Of a DNA stretch of 64,000 bases, positions 11,624-20,275 are shown in pieces. This DNA comes from Escherichia coli 042 (GTDB taxonomy: Bacteria; Pseudomonadota; Gammaproteobacteria; Enterobacterales; Enterobacteriaceae). The notes beneath the pieces are model-generated. The model was given only the letters and a program-made list of their open reading frames with translations. It searched no databases and was not told the DNA's origin. Position 1 is the stretch's first letter, and the number at the start of each line of letters is the position of its first letter. The stretch is taken from assembly GCF_000027125.1 (NCBI RefSeq), contig NC_017626.1; one strand, written 5' to 3'. The position numbers and the translations under genes are program-made.

Positions 11624-12976
11624 ATGACTAAACACTATGATTACATCGCCATCGGCGGCGGCAGCGGCGGTATCGCCTCCATCAACCGCGCGGCTATGTA
11701 CGGCCAGAAATGCGCGCTGATTGAAGCCAAAGAGCTGGGCGGCACCTGCGTGAACGTCGGCTGCGTACCGAAGAAAGTGATGTGGCACGCGGCGCAAATC
11801 CGTGAAGCGATCCACATGTACGGTCCGGATTATGGTTTCGATACCACTATAAATAAATTCAACTGGGAAACGTTGATCGCCAGCCGTACCGCCTATATCG
11901 ACCGTATTCATACTTCCTATGAAAACGTGCTCGGTAAAAATAACGTTGATGTAATCAAAGGCTTTGCCCGCTTCGTTGATGCCAAAACGCTGGAGGTAAA
12001 CGGCGAAACCATCACGGCCGATCATATTCTGATCGCCACCGGCGGTCGTCCGAGCCACCCGGATATTCCGGGCGTGGAATACGGTATTGATTCTGATGGC
12101 TTCTTCGCCCTTCCTGCTTTGCCAGAGCGCGTGGCGGTTGTTGGCGCGGGTTACATCGCCGTTGAGCTGGCGGGCGTGATTAACGGCCTCGGCGCGAAAA
12201 CGCATCTGTTTGTGCGTAAACATGCGCCGCTGCGCAGCTTCGACCCGATGATCTCTGAAACGCTGGTCGAAGTGATGAACGCCGAAGGCCCGCAGCTGCA
12301 CACCAACGCCATCCCGAAAGCGGTGGTGAAAAATGCTGATGGCAGCCTGACGCTGGAGCTGGAAGATGGTCGCAGTGAAACGGTAGATTGCCTGATTTGG
12401 GCGATTGGTCGCGAGCCTGCCAATGACAACATCAACCTGGAAGCCGCTGGTGTAAAAACCAACGAAAAAGGCTATATCGTCGTCGATAAATATCAAAACA
12501 CCAACGTTGAAGGTATTTACGCGGTGGGCGATAACACGGGTGCAGTGGAACTGACACCGGTGGCAGTTGCAGCGGGTCGCCGTCTCTCTGAACGCCTGTT
12601 TAATAACAAGCCTGATGAGCATCTGGATTACAGCAACATTCCGACCGTGGTCTTCAGCCATCCGCCGATTGGTACTGTTGGTTTAACGGAACCGCAGGCG
12701 CGCGAGCAGTACGGCGACGATCAGGTGAAAGTGTATAAATCCTCTTTCACCGCGATGTATACCGCCGTCACCACTCACCGCCAGCCGTGCCGCATGAAAC
12801 TGGTATGCGTTGGACCGGAAGAGAAGATTGTCGGAATTCACGGCATTGGTTTTGGTATGGATGAAATGTTGCAGGGCTTCGCGGTGGCGCTGAAGATGGG
12901 GGCGACCAAAAAAGACTTCGACAATACCGTCGCCATTCACCCGACGGCGGCAGAAGAGTTCGTGACCATGCGTTAA
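11624..12976 (+). CDS. gor: Glutathione reductase
   Basis: The 450 aa ORF has the redox-active [13 protein letters not shown] disulfide motif and a C-terminal HPT active-site region. Confidence 0.95.
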   Translation: MTKHYDYIAIGGGSGGIASINRAAMYGQKCALIEAKELGGTCVNVGCVPKKVMWHAAQIREAIHMYGPDYGFDTTINKFNWETLIASRTAYIDRIHTSYENVLGKNNVDVIKGFARFVDAKTLEVNGETITADHILIATGGRPSHPDIPGVEYGIDSDGFFALPALPERVAVVGAGYIAVELAGVINGLGAKTHLFVRKHAPLRSFDPMISETLVEVMNAEGPQLHTNAIPKAVVKNADGSLTLELEDGRSETVDCLIWAIGREPANDNINLEAAGVKTNEKGYIVVDKYQNTNVEGIYAVGDNTGAVELTPVAVAAGRRLSERLFNNKPDEHLDYSNIPTVVFSHPPIGTVGLTEPQAREQYGDDQVKVYKSSFTAMYTAVTTHRQPCRMKLVCVGPEEKIVGIHGIGFGMDEMLQGFAVALKMGATKKDFDNTVAIHPTAAEEFVTMR

Positions 12977-13029
12977 ATGTTAAAGGGCAAAGAGTGGTGT
13001 GCTCTTTGCCCTTAGTTACGTTTCCGCTA

Positions 13030-13113
13030 TCAGTTCAGAAGCTGAAGCAGAAAGCGGATCAGTTCCAGCAGCGCAATTAACGCCCCAAGAACGATGATTG
13101 CTTTATCAATCAC
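13030..13113 (-). CDS. dinQ: DinQ type I toxin peptide (27 aa, GTG start)
   Basis: The minus-strand ORF gtg att gat aaa ... ctg aac tga encodes VIDKAIIVLGALIALLELIRFLLQLLN, matching the DinQ membrane peptide. Its position between gor and arsR is as in K-12. Confidence 0.6.
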   Translation of the reverse strand: MIDKAIIVLGALIALLELIRFLLQLLN

Positions 13114-13306
13114 CCGTTTTCTCCATGCGATGGAGTGAGAATGCATCCGCTTACTCATCCACTGCCTGTCACGGCGCATGTCTCATTGTTAGATAAGAAC
13201 TCTCTCACTCCGGCCAGAGCATCAGTTAACGGCACCACCCGTACTTCTGACCAGGACTTTGAAAGCGTTTATGCGCATTACCAGAGTGAAAATGCCTCAG
13301 AGCTAA

Positions 13307-13322
13307 CTGGATAATCATACAG
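13307..13322 (-). promoter_or_regulatory. LexA box candidate in the dinQ promoter region
   Basis: Read on the minus strand: TACTGTATGATTATCCAG. This is the CTGT-N8-(A/C)CAG SOS box with one mismatch. dinQ is a known LexA-regulated gene. Confidence 0.45.
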
Positions 13323-13385
13323 TACATGCAGGTTATAAAACCAGCACGTCCTTGCAATAGTTTCAGTATGGTATTAGCATTGATG

Positions 13386-13470
13386 CGTTAGATGATGGCA
13401 TTCTCACTCCAGCCAGAGCCACCAACTCAGGGCTGAAGAGTAAAAAAACCGACGCAAAGTCGGTTTTTTT
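13386..13470 (+). ncRNA. agrA: AgrA small RNA (antisense-type regulator of dinQ, repeat copy 1)
   Basis: An approximately 85-nt unit ends in the intrinsic terminator ccgacgcaaagtcgg+T7. It is about 80% identical to copy 2 and to part of the dinQ 5' region (ctcactcc(a/g)gccagagc). Confidence 0.5.
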
Positions 13471-13617
13471 ACATCCGGATTCGGACAAGGCTTAATATGA
13501 CGATGACCCAGTGAAAGTATATAAATCGTCACTGCGATATATACCGAAGTGCTCCCTCCGCCAGCTGAAGAAACCGCTAATTCTTGCAATGTTAGCCACT
13601 GGCTAATAGTATTGAAC

Positions 13618-13701
13618 CGTTAGATAAGAGCTCTCTCACTCCAGCCAGAGCCACCAACTCAGGGCTGGAAAGTAAAAAACCGACGCAAAGTCGGTTTTTT
13701 T
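13618..13701 (+). ncRNA. agrB: AgrB small RNA (repressor of dinQ, repeat copy 2)
   Basis: The unit ttagataagagctctctcactccagccagagcc matches plus-strand 13186-13218 (dinQ 5' UTR region) with 2 mismatches over about 33 nt. It ends in the ccgacgcaaagtcgg+T7 terminator. Confidence 0.5.
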
Positions 13702-13853
13702 ACGTCCTGATTCAGACCTCCTTTCAAATGAATACCCAACGCTTAATTCACACCTATTACCTTCCTCTGCACATACACATTCGTTAAACCATATATGTTT
13801 TTGACTTATCCGCTTCGAAGAGAGACACTACCTGCAACAATCAGGAGCGCAAT

Positions 13854-14207
13854 ATGTCATTTCTCTTACCCATCCAACTGTTCAAAATTCTTGCTGATGA
13901 GACCCGTCTGGGCATCGTTTTACTGCTAAGCGAGCTGGGAGAGTTATGTGTCTGCGATCTCTGTACTGCCCTCGATCAGTCGCAGCCCAAGATATCCCGC
14001 CACCTGGCGCTTCTTCGTGAAAGCGGGCTATTGCTGGATCGCAAGCAGGGTAAGTGGGTTCATTACCGCTTATCGCCGCATATTCCAGCATGGGCAGCGA
14101 AAATTATTGAGCAAACAAGATTAAGCCAACTGGACGACGTGCAGGCTATCGCCCGTAAGCTGGCCGCAGCCAACTGCTCTGCAGACGGTAAAGCAAGCTG
14201 CAGTTAA
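13854..14207 (+). CDS. arsR: Arsenical resistance operon repressor ArsR (As(III)-responsive)
   Basis: 117 aa with the ELCVCDL metalloid-binding motif in the ArsR/SmtB HTH. Confidence 0.9.
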   Translation: MSFLLPIQLFKILADETRLGIVLLLSELGELCVCDLCTALDQSQPKISRHLALLRESGLLLDRKQGKWVHYRLSPHIPAWAAKIIEQTRLSQLDDVQAIARKLAAANCSADGKASCS

Positions 14208-14254
14208 AAAATTTGCCTGGATATATATGATTTTCCGAATGTGAGGTGTCGAAG

Positions 14255-14617
14255 ATGAAGACGTTAACGGTGTTTGATCCGGCGATGTGTTGCAGTACCG
14301 GCGTCTGTGGTTCTGATGTTGATCAGGTGCTGGTCGATTTTTCCGCAGATGTGCAATGGCTGAAAAGCCGCGGTGTTCAGGTCGAACGTTACAATCTCGC
14401 GCAGCAACCGATGAGTTTCGTGCAAAACGAAAAAGCGAAAGCGTTTCTTGAGGCTTCCGGGGCGGAAGGATTGCCCTTGATCTTACTGGGAGGCGAAACC
14501 GTGATGGCGGGCCGTTATCCGAAACGCGCCGAGCTAGCCCGCTGGTTTGGGATCCCGCTGGAGAAGGTGGGGCTGGCACCAACACACTGCTGTGGCGGAA
14601 AAACCGACTGTTGTTGA
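14255..14617 (+). CDS. arsD: Arsenic metallochaperone / secondary repressor ArsD
   Basis: MKTLTVFDPAMCCSTGVCG N-terminus with Cys12/13/18 and a C-terminal CCGG..CC. Near-identical to R773 ArsD as recalled. Confidence 0.85.
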   Translation: MKTLTVFDPAMCCSTGVCGSDVDQVLVDFSADVQWLKSRGVQVERYNLAQQPMSFVQNEKAKAFLEASGAEGLPLILLGGETVMAGRYPKRAELARWFGIPLEKVGLAPTHCCGGKTDCC

Positions 14618-14634
14618 GCCGGTCAGGGGGACAT

Positions 14635-16386
14635 ATGAAATTCTTACAGAATATCCCGCCTTATCTGTTTTTTACCGGTAAGGGAGGTGTAGGTAAAACG
14701 TCAATTTCCTGCGCAACTGCTATCCATCTGGCGGAACAGGGAAAACGGGTTCTGCTTGTCAGCACCGACCCCGCGTCGAATGTCGGTCAGGTATTTAATC
14801 AAACTATTGGTAACGCTATTACTCCTGTGACAGCGGTTCCCGATTTGTCAGCGCTGGAAATTGACCCTCAGCAAGCCGCTGAACAGTATCGGGCCAGAAT
14901 CGTTGACCCTATCAAAGGACTTCTCCCTGAGGAGGTTGTAAATAGTATACGCGAACAACTTTCGGGAGCATGTACGACAGAGATCGCGGCGTTCGATGAG
15001 TTCACCGGTTTACTGACCGATGCCTCTCTGCTGGCCCGCTTTGATCACATCATTTTTGATACCGCGCCAACGGGCCATACCATACGACTTCTGCAGCTCC
15101 CCGGTGCCTGGAGCAGTTTTATTGAAAGTAATCCCGATGGTGCCTCCTGTCTTGGCCCGATGGCTGGGCTGGAAAAACAGCGTGAGCAGTACGCTGATGC
15201 GGTAGAAGCATTATCCGATCCTGAGCGTACCCGCCTGGTGCTGGTTGCACGCCTGCAAAAATCAACATTGCAGGAAGTCGCTCGCACTCATGAAGAACTG
15301 GCAGCGATTGGTCTTAAAAATCAGTATCTGGTGATCAACGGCGTATTGCCTGAGTCCGGGCAGCAAAATGACCCACTAGCAATGGCAATAGTTCAGCGTG
15401 AGCAGGAAGCCCTGGTAAATTTACCCGCCGGTTTATCGACCATTCCAGCAGATACCCTCTTTCTTCAACCGGTGAACATGGTTGGCGTGCCTGCATTAAA
15501 AGGTCTTTTTAATACCCGTTTCGAGCCTGCCCCACTCTCTGGCCAGGTGCGCCAGCAATTCTCTGAAAACATGTCATTCTCTGAGTTAGTGAATGATATT
15601 GCCCGCAGTGAACACGGTCTGATCATGCTGATGGGAAAAGGCGGCGTGGGGAAAACCACAATGGCCGCAGCTATCGCCGTCAGGCTGGCAGATATGGGAT
15701 TCGATGTGCATCTTACAACCTCCGATCCTGCTGCCCACATTAACACTACCCTAAACGGCACACTTAACAACCTACAGGTCAGCAGGATCAATCCGCAGGA
15801 AGAGACCGAGCGCTATCGCCAGCATGTCCTTGAGACAAAGGGAAAAGATCTCGATGAAGCGGGGAAACGACTGCTGGAAGAGGATTTACGCTCTCCCTGC
15901 ACCGAAGAGATTGCTGTATTTCAGGCGTTCTCGCGCGTGATCCGTGAGGCGGGTAAACGTTTTGTGGTGATGGATACCGCACCAACCGGTCACACGCTGT
16001 TACTGCTGGATGCCACCGGGGCTTATCACCGTGAAATTGCGAAAAAAATGGGCGAAAAAGGTCACTTTACTACGCCAATGATGCAACTTCAGGATCCGCA
16101 ACGCACCAAAGTGCTGCTGGTTACGCTGCCTGAAACCACACCCGTACTGGAAGCGGCTAATTTGCAGGCCGATCTTAAACGCGCAGGGATTCATCCCTGG
16201 GGCTGGATAATCAATAACTGCCTTTCTATTGCGGAAACTCGTTCGTCGCTACTGTGTCAGCGAGCAACGCAGGAACGACCACAAATTGAGGCGGTGATGG
16301 CCCGACATGCTAAGCGTGTAGCGCTGGTCCCTCTATTCGCACAAGAACCTACGGGTATCGAAAAACTCAGAAAGCTGGCAAGTTAA
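14635..16386 (+). CDS. arsA: Arsenite-transporting ATPase ArsA (duplicated A1/A2 P-loop ATPase)
   Basis: 583 aa with two GKGGVGKT Walker A motifs and two DTAPTGHT signature motifs. High identity to R773 ArsA as recalled. Confidence 0.9.
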   Translation: MKFLQNIPPYLFFTGKGGVGKTSISCATAIHLAEQGKRVLLVSTDPASNVGQVFNQTIGNAITPVTAVPDLSALEIDPQQAAEQYRARIVDPIKGLLPEEVVNSIREQLSGACTTEIAAFDEFTGLLTDASLLARFDHIIFDTAPTGHTIRLLQLPGAWSSFIESNPDGASCLGPMAGLEKQREQYADAVEALSDPERTRLVLVARLQKSTLQEVARTHEELAAIGLKNQYLVINGVLPESGQQNDPLAMAIVQREQEALVNLPAGLSTIPADTLFLQPVNMVGVPALKGLFNTRFEPAPLSGQVRQQFSENMSFSELVNDIARSEHGLIMLMGKGGVGKTTMAAAIAVRLADMGFDVHLTTSDPAAHINTTLNGTLNNLQVSRINPQEETERYRQHVLETKGKDLDEAGKRLLEEDLRSPCTEEIAVFQAFSRVIREAGKRFVVMDTAPTGHTLLLLDATGAYHREIAKKMGEKGHFTTPMMQLQDPQRTKVLLVTLPETTPVLEAANLQADLKRAGIHPWGWIINNCLSIAETRSSLLCQRATQERPQIEAVMARHAKRVALVPLFAQEPTGIEKLRKLAS

Positions 16387-16428
16387 TTTTTTATACAGGG
16401 CGACCATGTCGCCCTGTCAGGAGGGTGT

Positions 16429-17718
16429 ATGTTACTGGCAGGCGCTATTTTTGTCCTGACCATCGTATTGGTTATCTGGCAGCCGAAAGGTTTAGGCATC
16501 GGCTGGAGTGCAACGCTCGGCGCGGTACTGGCGTTGCTTACGGGCGTGGTTCATCCGGGTGATATTCCGGTGGTGTGGAATATCGTCTGGAACGCGACGG
16601 CGGCGTTTATTGCCGTCATTATCATCAGCCTGCTGCTGGATGAGTCCGGCTTTTTTGAATGGGCGGCGCTGCACGTCTCACGCTGGGGCAATGGACGCGG
16701 TCGCTTGCTGTTCACCTGGATTGTCCTGCTCGGTGCCGCCGTTGCAGCTCTGTTTGCCAATGATGGCGCGGCGCTGATTTTAACGCCAATTGTCATCGCC
16801 ATGCTGCTGGCTTTAGGATTCAGTAAAGGCACTACGCTTGCGTTTGTGATGGCGGCCGGGTTCATTGCCGATACCGCCAGCCTGCCGCTTATTGTCTCCA
16901 ACCTGGTGAATATCGTTTCCGCAGATTTCTTTGGCCTCGGCTTTCGCGAATACGCATCGGTGATGGTGCCGGTGGATATCGCCGCAATTGTTGCCACGCT
17001 GGTGATGTTGCATCTTTATTTCCGCAAAGATATTCCGCAGAACTACGACATGGCGCTGCTGAAATCGCCCGCAGAAGCGATTAAAGATCCTGCTACGTTC
17101 AAAACTGGCTGGTTTGTTTTACTGTTTCTGCTGGTGGGATTTTTCGTCCTGGAACCGCTCGGCATTCCGGTAAGCGCCATTGCGGCAGTGGGCGCGCTGA
17201 TATTATTTGCCGTCGCTAAACGCGGTCATGCAATTAATACGGGTAAAGTCCTGCGCGGTGCGCCCTGGCAGATTGTCATCTTCTCGCTCGGCATGTATCT
17301 GGTGGTTTATGGCCTGCGCAATGCCGGACTAACGGAATATCTTTCTGGCGTACTCAACGTGCTGGCGGAAAACGGCCTGTGGGCCGCGACGCTCGGCACC
17401 GGATTCCTCACCGCCTTCCTCTCTTCTATTATGAACAATATGCCGACGGTACTGGTTGGCGCGTTGTCCATTGATGGCAGCACGGCATCTGGCGTTATCA
17501 AAGAAGCGATGGTTTATGCCAACGTGATTGGCTGCGATTTGGGACCGAAAATTACCCCAATTGGTAGCCTGGCTACGCTACTCTGGCTGCACGTACTTTC
17601 GCAGAAGAATATGACTATCAGCTGGGGATATTACTTCCGTACAGGAATTATCATGACCCTGCCGGTGCTTTTTGTGACGCTGGCTGCGCTGGCGCTACGC
17701 CTCTCTTTCACTTTGTAA
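16429..17718 (+). CDS. arsB: Arsenite/antimonite efflux permease ArsB
   Basis: The 429 aa polytopic protein begins [28 protein letters not shown], typical of ArsB. Confidence 0.9.
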   Translation: MLLAGAIFVLTIVLVIWQPKGLGIGWSATLGAVLALLTGVVHPGDIPVVWNIVWNATAAFIAVIIISLLLDESGFFEWAALHVSRWGNGRGRLLFTWIVLLGAAVAALFANDGAALILTPIVIAMLLALGFSKGTTLAFVMAAGFIADTASLPLIVSNLVNIVSADFFGLGFREYASVMVPVDIAAIVATLVMLHLYFRKDIPQNYDMALLKSPAEAIKDPATFKTGWFVLLFLLVGFFVLEPLGIPVSAIAAVGALILFAVAKRGHAINTGKVLRGAPWQIVIFSLGMYLVVYGLRNAGLTEYLSGVLNVLAENGLWAATLGTGFLTAFLSSIMNNMPTVLVGALSIDGSTASGVIKEAMVYANVIGCDLGPKITPIGSLATLLWLHVLSQKNMTISWGYYFRTGIIMTLPVLFVTLAALALRLSFTL

Positions 17719-17730
17719 TGAGATATTGAT

Positions 17731-18156
17731 ATGAGCAACATTACCATTTATCACAACCCGGCCTGCGGTACGTCGCGTAATACGCTGGAGATGATCCGCA
17801 ACAGCGGTACAGAACCGACCATTATCTATTATCTGGAAACACCGCCAACGCGCGATGAGCTGGTCAAACTCATTGCCGATATGGGGATTTCCGTACGCGC
17901 GCTGTTGCGTAAAAACGTCGAGCCGTATGAGGAACTGGGCCTTGCAGAAGATAAATTTACTGACGATCGGCTAATCGACTTTATGCTTCAGCACCCGATT
18001 CTGATTAATCGCCCGATTGTGGTGACGCCGCTGGGAACTCGCCTGTGCCGCCCTTCAGAAGTGGTGCTGGAAATTCTGCCAGATGCGCAACAACGCGCGT
18101 TCACCAAGGAAGATGGCGAGAAAGTGGTTGATGAAGCGGGTAAACGCCTGAAATAA
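17731..18156 (+). CDS. arsC: Arsenate reductase ArsC (glutaredoxin-coupled)
   Basis: 141 aa with the MSNITIYHNPACGTSRNTLEMIR catalytic Cys12 motif. Confidence 0.92.
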   Translation: MSNITIYHNPACGTSRNTLEMIRNSGTEPTIIYYLETPPTRDELVKLIADMGISVRALLRKNVEPYEELGLAEDKFTDDRLIDFMLQHPILINRPIVVTPLGTRLCRPSEVVLEILPDAQQRAFTKEDGEKVVDEAGKRLK

Positions 18157-18192
18157 AGCGGCGATATCCACTGCCGATAGTTGGTAAAGTGC

Positions 18193-18295
18193 GCTTCGTT
18201 TATGTCGGATGCGACGCTAACGCGTCTTATCCGACCTACAAAACCGTGCAAATTCAATATATGGCATGAAATCTGTAGCGCGTAGCGCATCAGGC
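18193..18295. repeat. REP elements (two palindromic units) downstream of arsC
   Basis: tgtcggatgcgacgctaacgcgtcttatccgacctaca and ctgtagcgcgtagcgcatcaggc are the typical REP stem sequences. The second unit overlaps the last codons of the downstream minus-strand regulator. Confidence 0.5.
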
Positions 18296-18586
18296 AATTT
18301 TGCTATTTACGCAGCACTCCTCGCGTAAGAATTCAATTATCGCTTCCAGCATTGCGTATTGCGAAACACACATCAGCGTCCGACTCTCACGGTTTTGTTT
18401 GACCAGCCCTACCGATACCAGTGCTGAAATATGGTGACTGAGTGTAGAGCCGGGTATCCCAAGCTGCTTTTGCAACTCACCGACCGGCAAACCTTGTTCC
18501 CCCGCTTTGACCAGGTGTTTGAATATGAACAAACGGGTCGGGTGACCTAGCTCTTTCAGCGCTTTAGCAACTTCTTCCAACTGCAT
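18290..18586 (-). CDS. ArsR/SmtB-family transcriptional regulator with C-terminal Cys cluster (atypical metalloid sensor type)
   Basis: The 98 aa winged-HTH (LSHHISALVSVGLV) lacks the canonical ELCVCDL site but has C73 and a C-terminal CC pair (REECCV). It is divergent from the ArsP-like permease. Confidence 0.7.
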   Translation of the reverse strand: MQLEEVAKALKELGHPTRLFIFKHLVKAGEQGLPVGELQKQLGIPGSTLSHHISALVSVGLVKQNRESRTLMCVSQYAMLEAIIEFLREECCVNSKIA

Positions 18587-18693
18587 ATGACACCCCCTTT
18601 GTCTGGTTGATATTTCGATAATACCAGAAATATCTTGATCTGAATTTCATTTCGATTATTCTGGAAATATGGATTCATTCAATGAGGTTACGT

Positions 18694-19695
18694 ATGAGTA
18701 GTTGGCTTGCGATGCTGCAAGATGCCGCAGAGATGTTTGTGTTTCTCGCCGTCGAGCTTTCTTTGCTGTTTATAGTGATTAGTGCCGGTGTCAGCCTGAT
18801 AAGACAAAAGGTGCCAGACCATAAAATCCAGCAGATGATGGGGGCCAGAAAAGGGAGAGGCTATCTCCTGGCGGCTCTGTTGGGAGCCGTTACCCCGTTC
18901 TGTAGTTGCTCGACAATCCCCATGTTACGTGGATTGTTGTCAGCGAAAGCCGGGTTCGGTCCGACCCTCACTTTTTTATTTGTTTCACCGTTACTTAATC
19001 CCATTATCGTCGGACTAATGTGGGTAACCTTTGGCTGGAAAGTTACCTTGTTGTACGCGATTATCGCCGCCGGCATCTCCGTACTTGCCAGTATTATCCT
19101 CGATTCTCTGGGGTTTGAACGTCATATCATTGCCAGTAAAAGCTCATCAGCAAATTGTTGTGCTCCAGCCAAAACTTCGCCAGGGACGACATATACGCCC
19201 ATAAAAGTGAGTTGCTGTAGTCCAGCGGCTAAAGTCATTGAGAAACCCGCAGTTAACTGTTGCAGTACCAAAGCAGTGGCAAGTATTAATCCCATAAAAT
19301 TAGCCATCAAAGATGCATTGCAGCAGTTTAAAGACGTACTGCCATATCTTGTGTTAGGGGTATTACTAGGCTCTTTTATTTATGGCTTTATCCCCTCACA
19401 GTGGATTGCCGCTCATGCAGGGGCAGATAATCCCTTCGCCATCCCATTGAGCGCCGTTGTCGGAATTCCGCTGTATATCCGGGCAGAGGCGGTTATCCCT
19501 CTGGCATCTGTTCTGATGACAAAAGGAATGGGTCTGGGAGCATTAATGGCATTAATCATCGGCAGTGCCGGAGCAAGCCTGACGGAAGTGATATTACTTA
19601 AATCAATGTTCAGAATACCGATGATAGTTGCATTCCTGACGGTTATATTAGGTATGGCTATCTTGATGGGCTATTTGACTCAAATGCTATTTTAA
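18694..19695 (+). CDS. ArsP-like organoarsenical efflux permease (COG0701 permease family). The start is taken at ATG 18694; the alternative is 18682.
   Basis: The polytopic membrane protein carries the motif TPFCSCSTIP, the TPFcSCSxxP signature described for the ArsP methylarsenite permease. A central loop holds three Cys-Cys pairs (NCCAP, SCCSP, NCCST). GAGG SD upstream. Confidence 0.65.
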   Translation: MSSWLAMLQDAAEMFVFLAVELSLLFIVISAGVSLIRQKVPDHKIQQMMGARKGRGYLLAALLGAVTPFCSCSTIPMLRGLLSAKAGFGPTLTFLFVSPLLNPIIVGLMWVTFGWKVTLLYAIIAAGISVLASIILDSLGFERHIIASKSSSANCCAPAKTSPGTTYTPIKVSCCSPAAKVIEKPAVNCCSTKAVASINPIKLAIKDALQQFKDVLPYLVLGVLLGSFIYGFIPSQWIAAHAGADNPFAIPLSAVVGIPLYIRAEAVIPLASVLMTKGMGLGALMALIIGSAGASLTEVILLKSMFRIPMIVAFLTVILGMAILMGYLTQMLF

Positions 19696-20275
19696 ATAGA
19701 TGCCAGCAGTAAACTATAAGGAGCATTGTGAGTGCCTTATCCTTCTGAGTAGAAAATCATAGATAGGATAATCCTTAAAAATCACAAATAACTTAACTAA
19801 TGCTTTGAGAATGATGACGGATCCGTCAGTAAGTCATCAATCGACAATCACCACGCAATCATGCTTCTCTGACATTTTATCGGAGAAGCAATGTCTCTTT
19901 GTTTCAGTGCTATCCCCCCTTTTAAAGGGCAGATTTCAGTCGCCAATACAACACATTTTTAAATACACTTTAACCTGGTTCATTATTACACATCTAAAAC
20001 ATCACAAAAATATCACTTCACACACTATCGGTGAACATCATAACTTTTTAAAATGAGCGCTTTTTGATAGTTGTTAACGTTTTCCTTTACGATACTATCA
20101 CTGCCCTTTTTTTATACACAAATATTACCGGGTGGAGATAAAAGGGAAATCAAAGGTAATTATATCAGGAAGAGATAACGCATTACATTTATTGTGTGTA
20201 GAAGAAAATCCATTCCTGTTCTAATTATCCAATTTAAACATCTTAGCATAAAACAAATGATGAATAAGGAATTTT

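Noticed and set aside
11282-12661. 459-aa ORF on the minus strand
   Set aside because: It lies entirely antisense within gor, a confidently identified gene. It is a typical high-GC antisense artefact with no SD and no recognisable domains.
12983-13013. Hairpin aagggcaaagag…ctctttgccctt after gor as an intrinsic terminator
   Set aside because: The stem is good but no U-tract follows on either strand. It may still serve the gor and dinQ 3' ends, but the evidence is too weak to call it.
13404-13589. 61-aa ORF in the agrA/agrB region
   Set aside because: It spans the agrA terminator on the opposite strand and has no SD. The region is better explained by the sRNA repeats.
13386-13701. Direct repeats with spacers that could suggest a CRISPR array
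   Set aside because: There are only two full copies, each ending in an intrinsic terminator. They match the known agrA/agrB sRNA genes, and no cas genes are present.
19805-20056. 83-aa ORF in the AT-rich yhiS leader
   Set aside because: No SD is present and the ORF has low complexity. It is more likely regulatory leader DNA.
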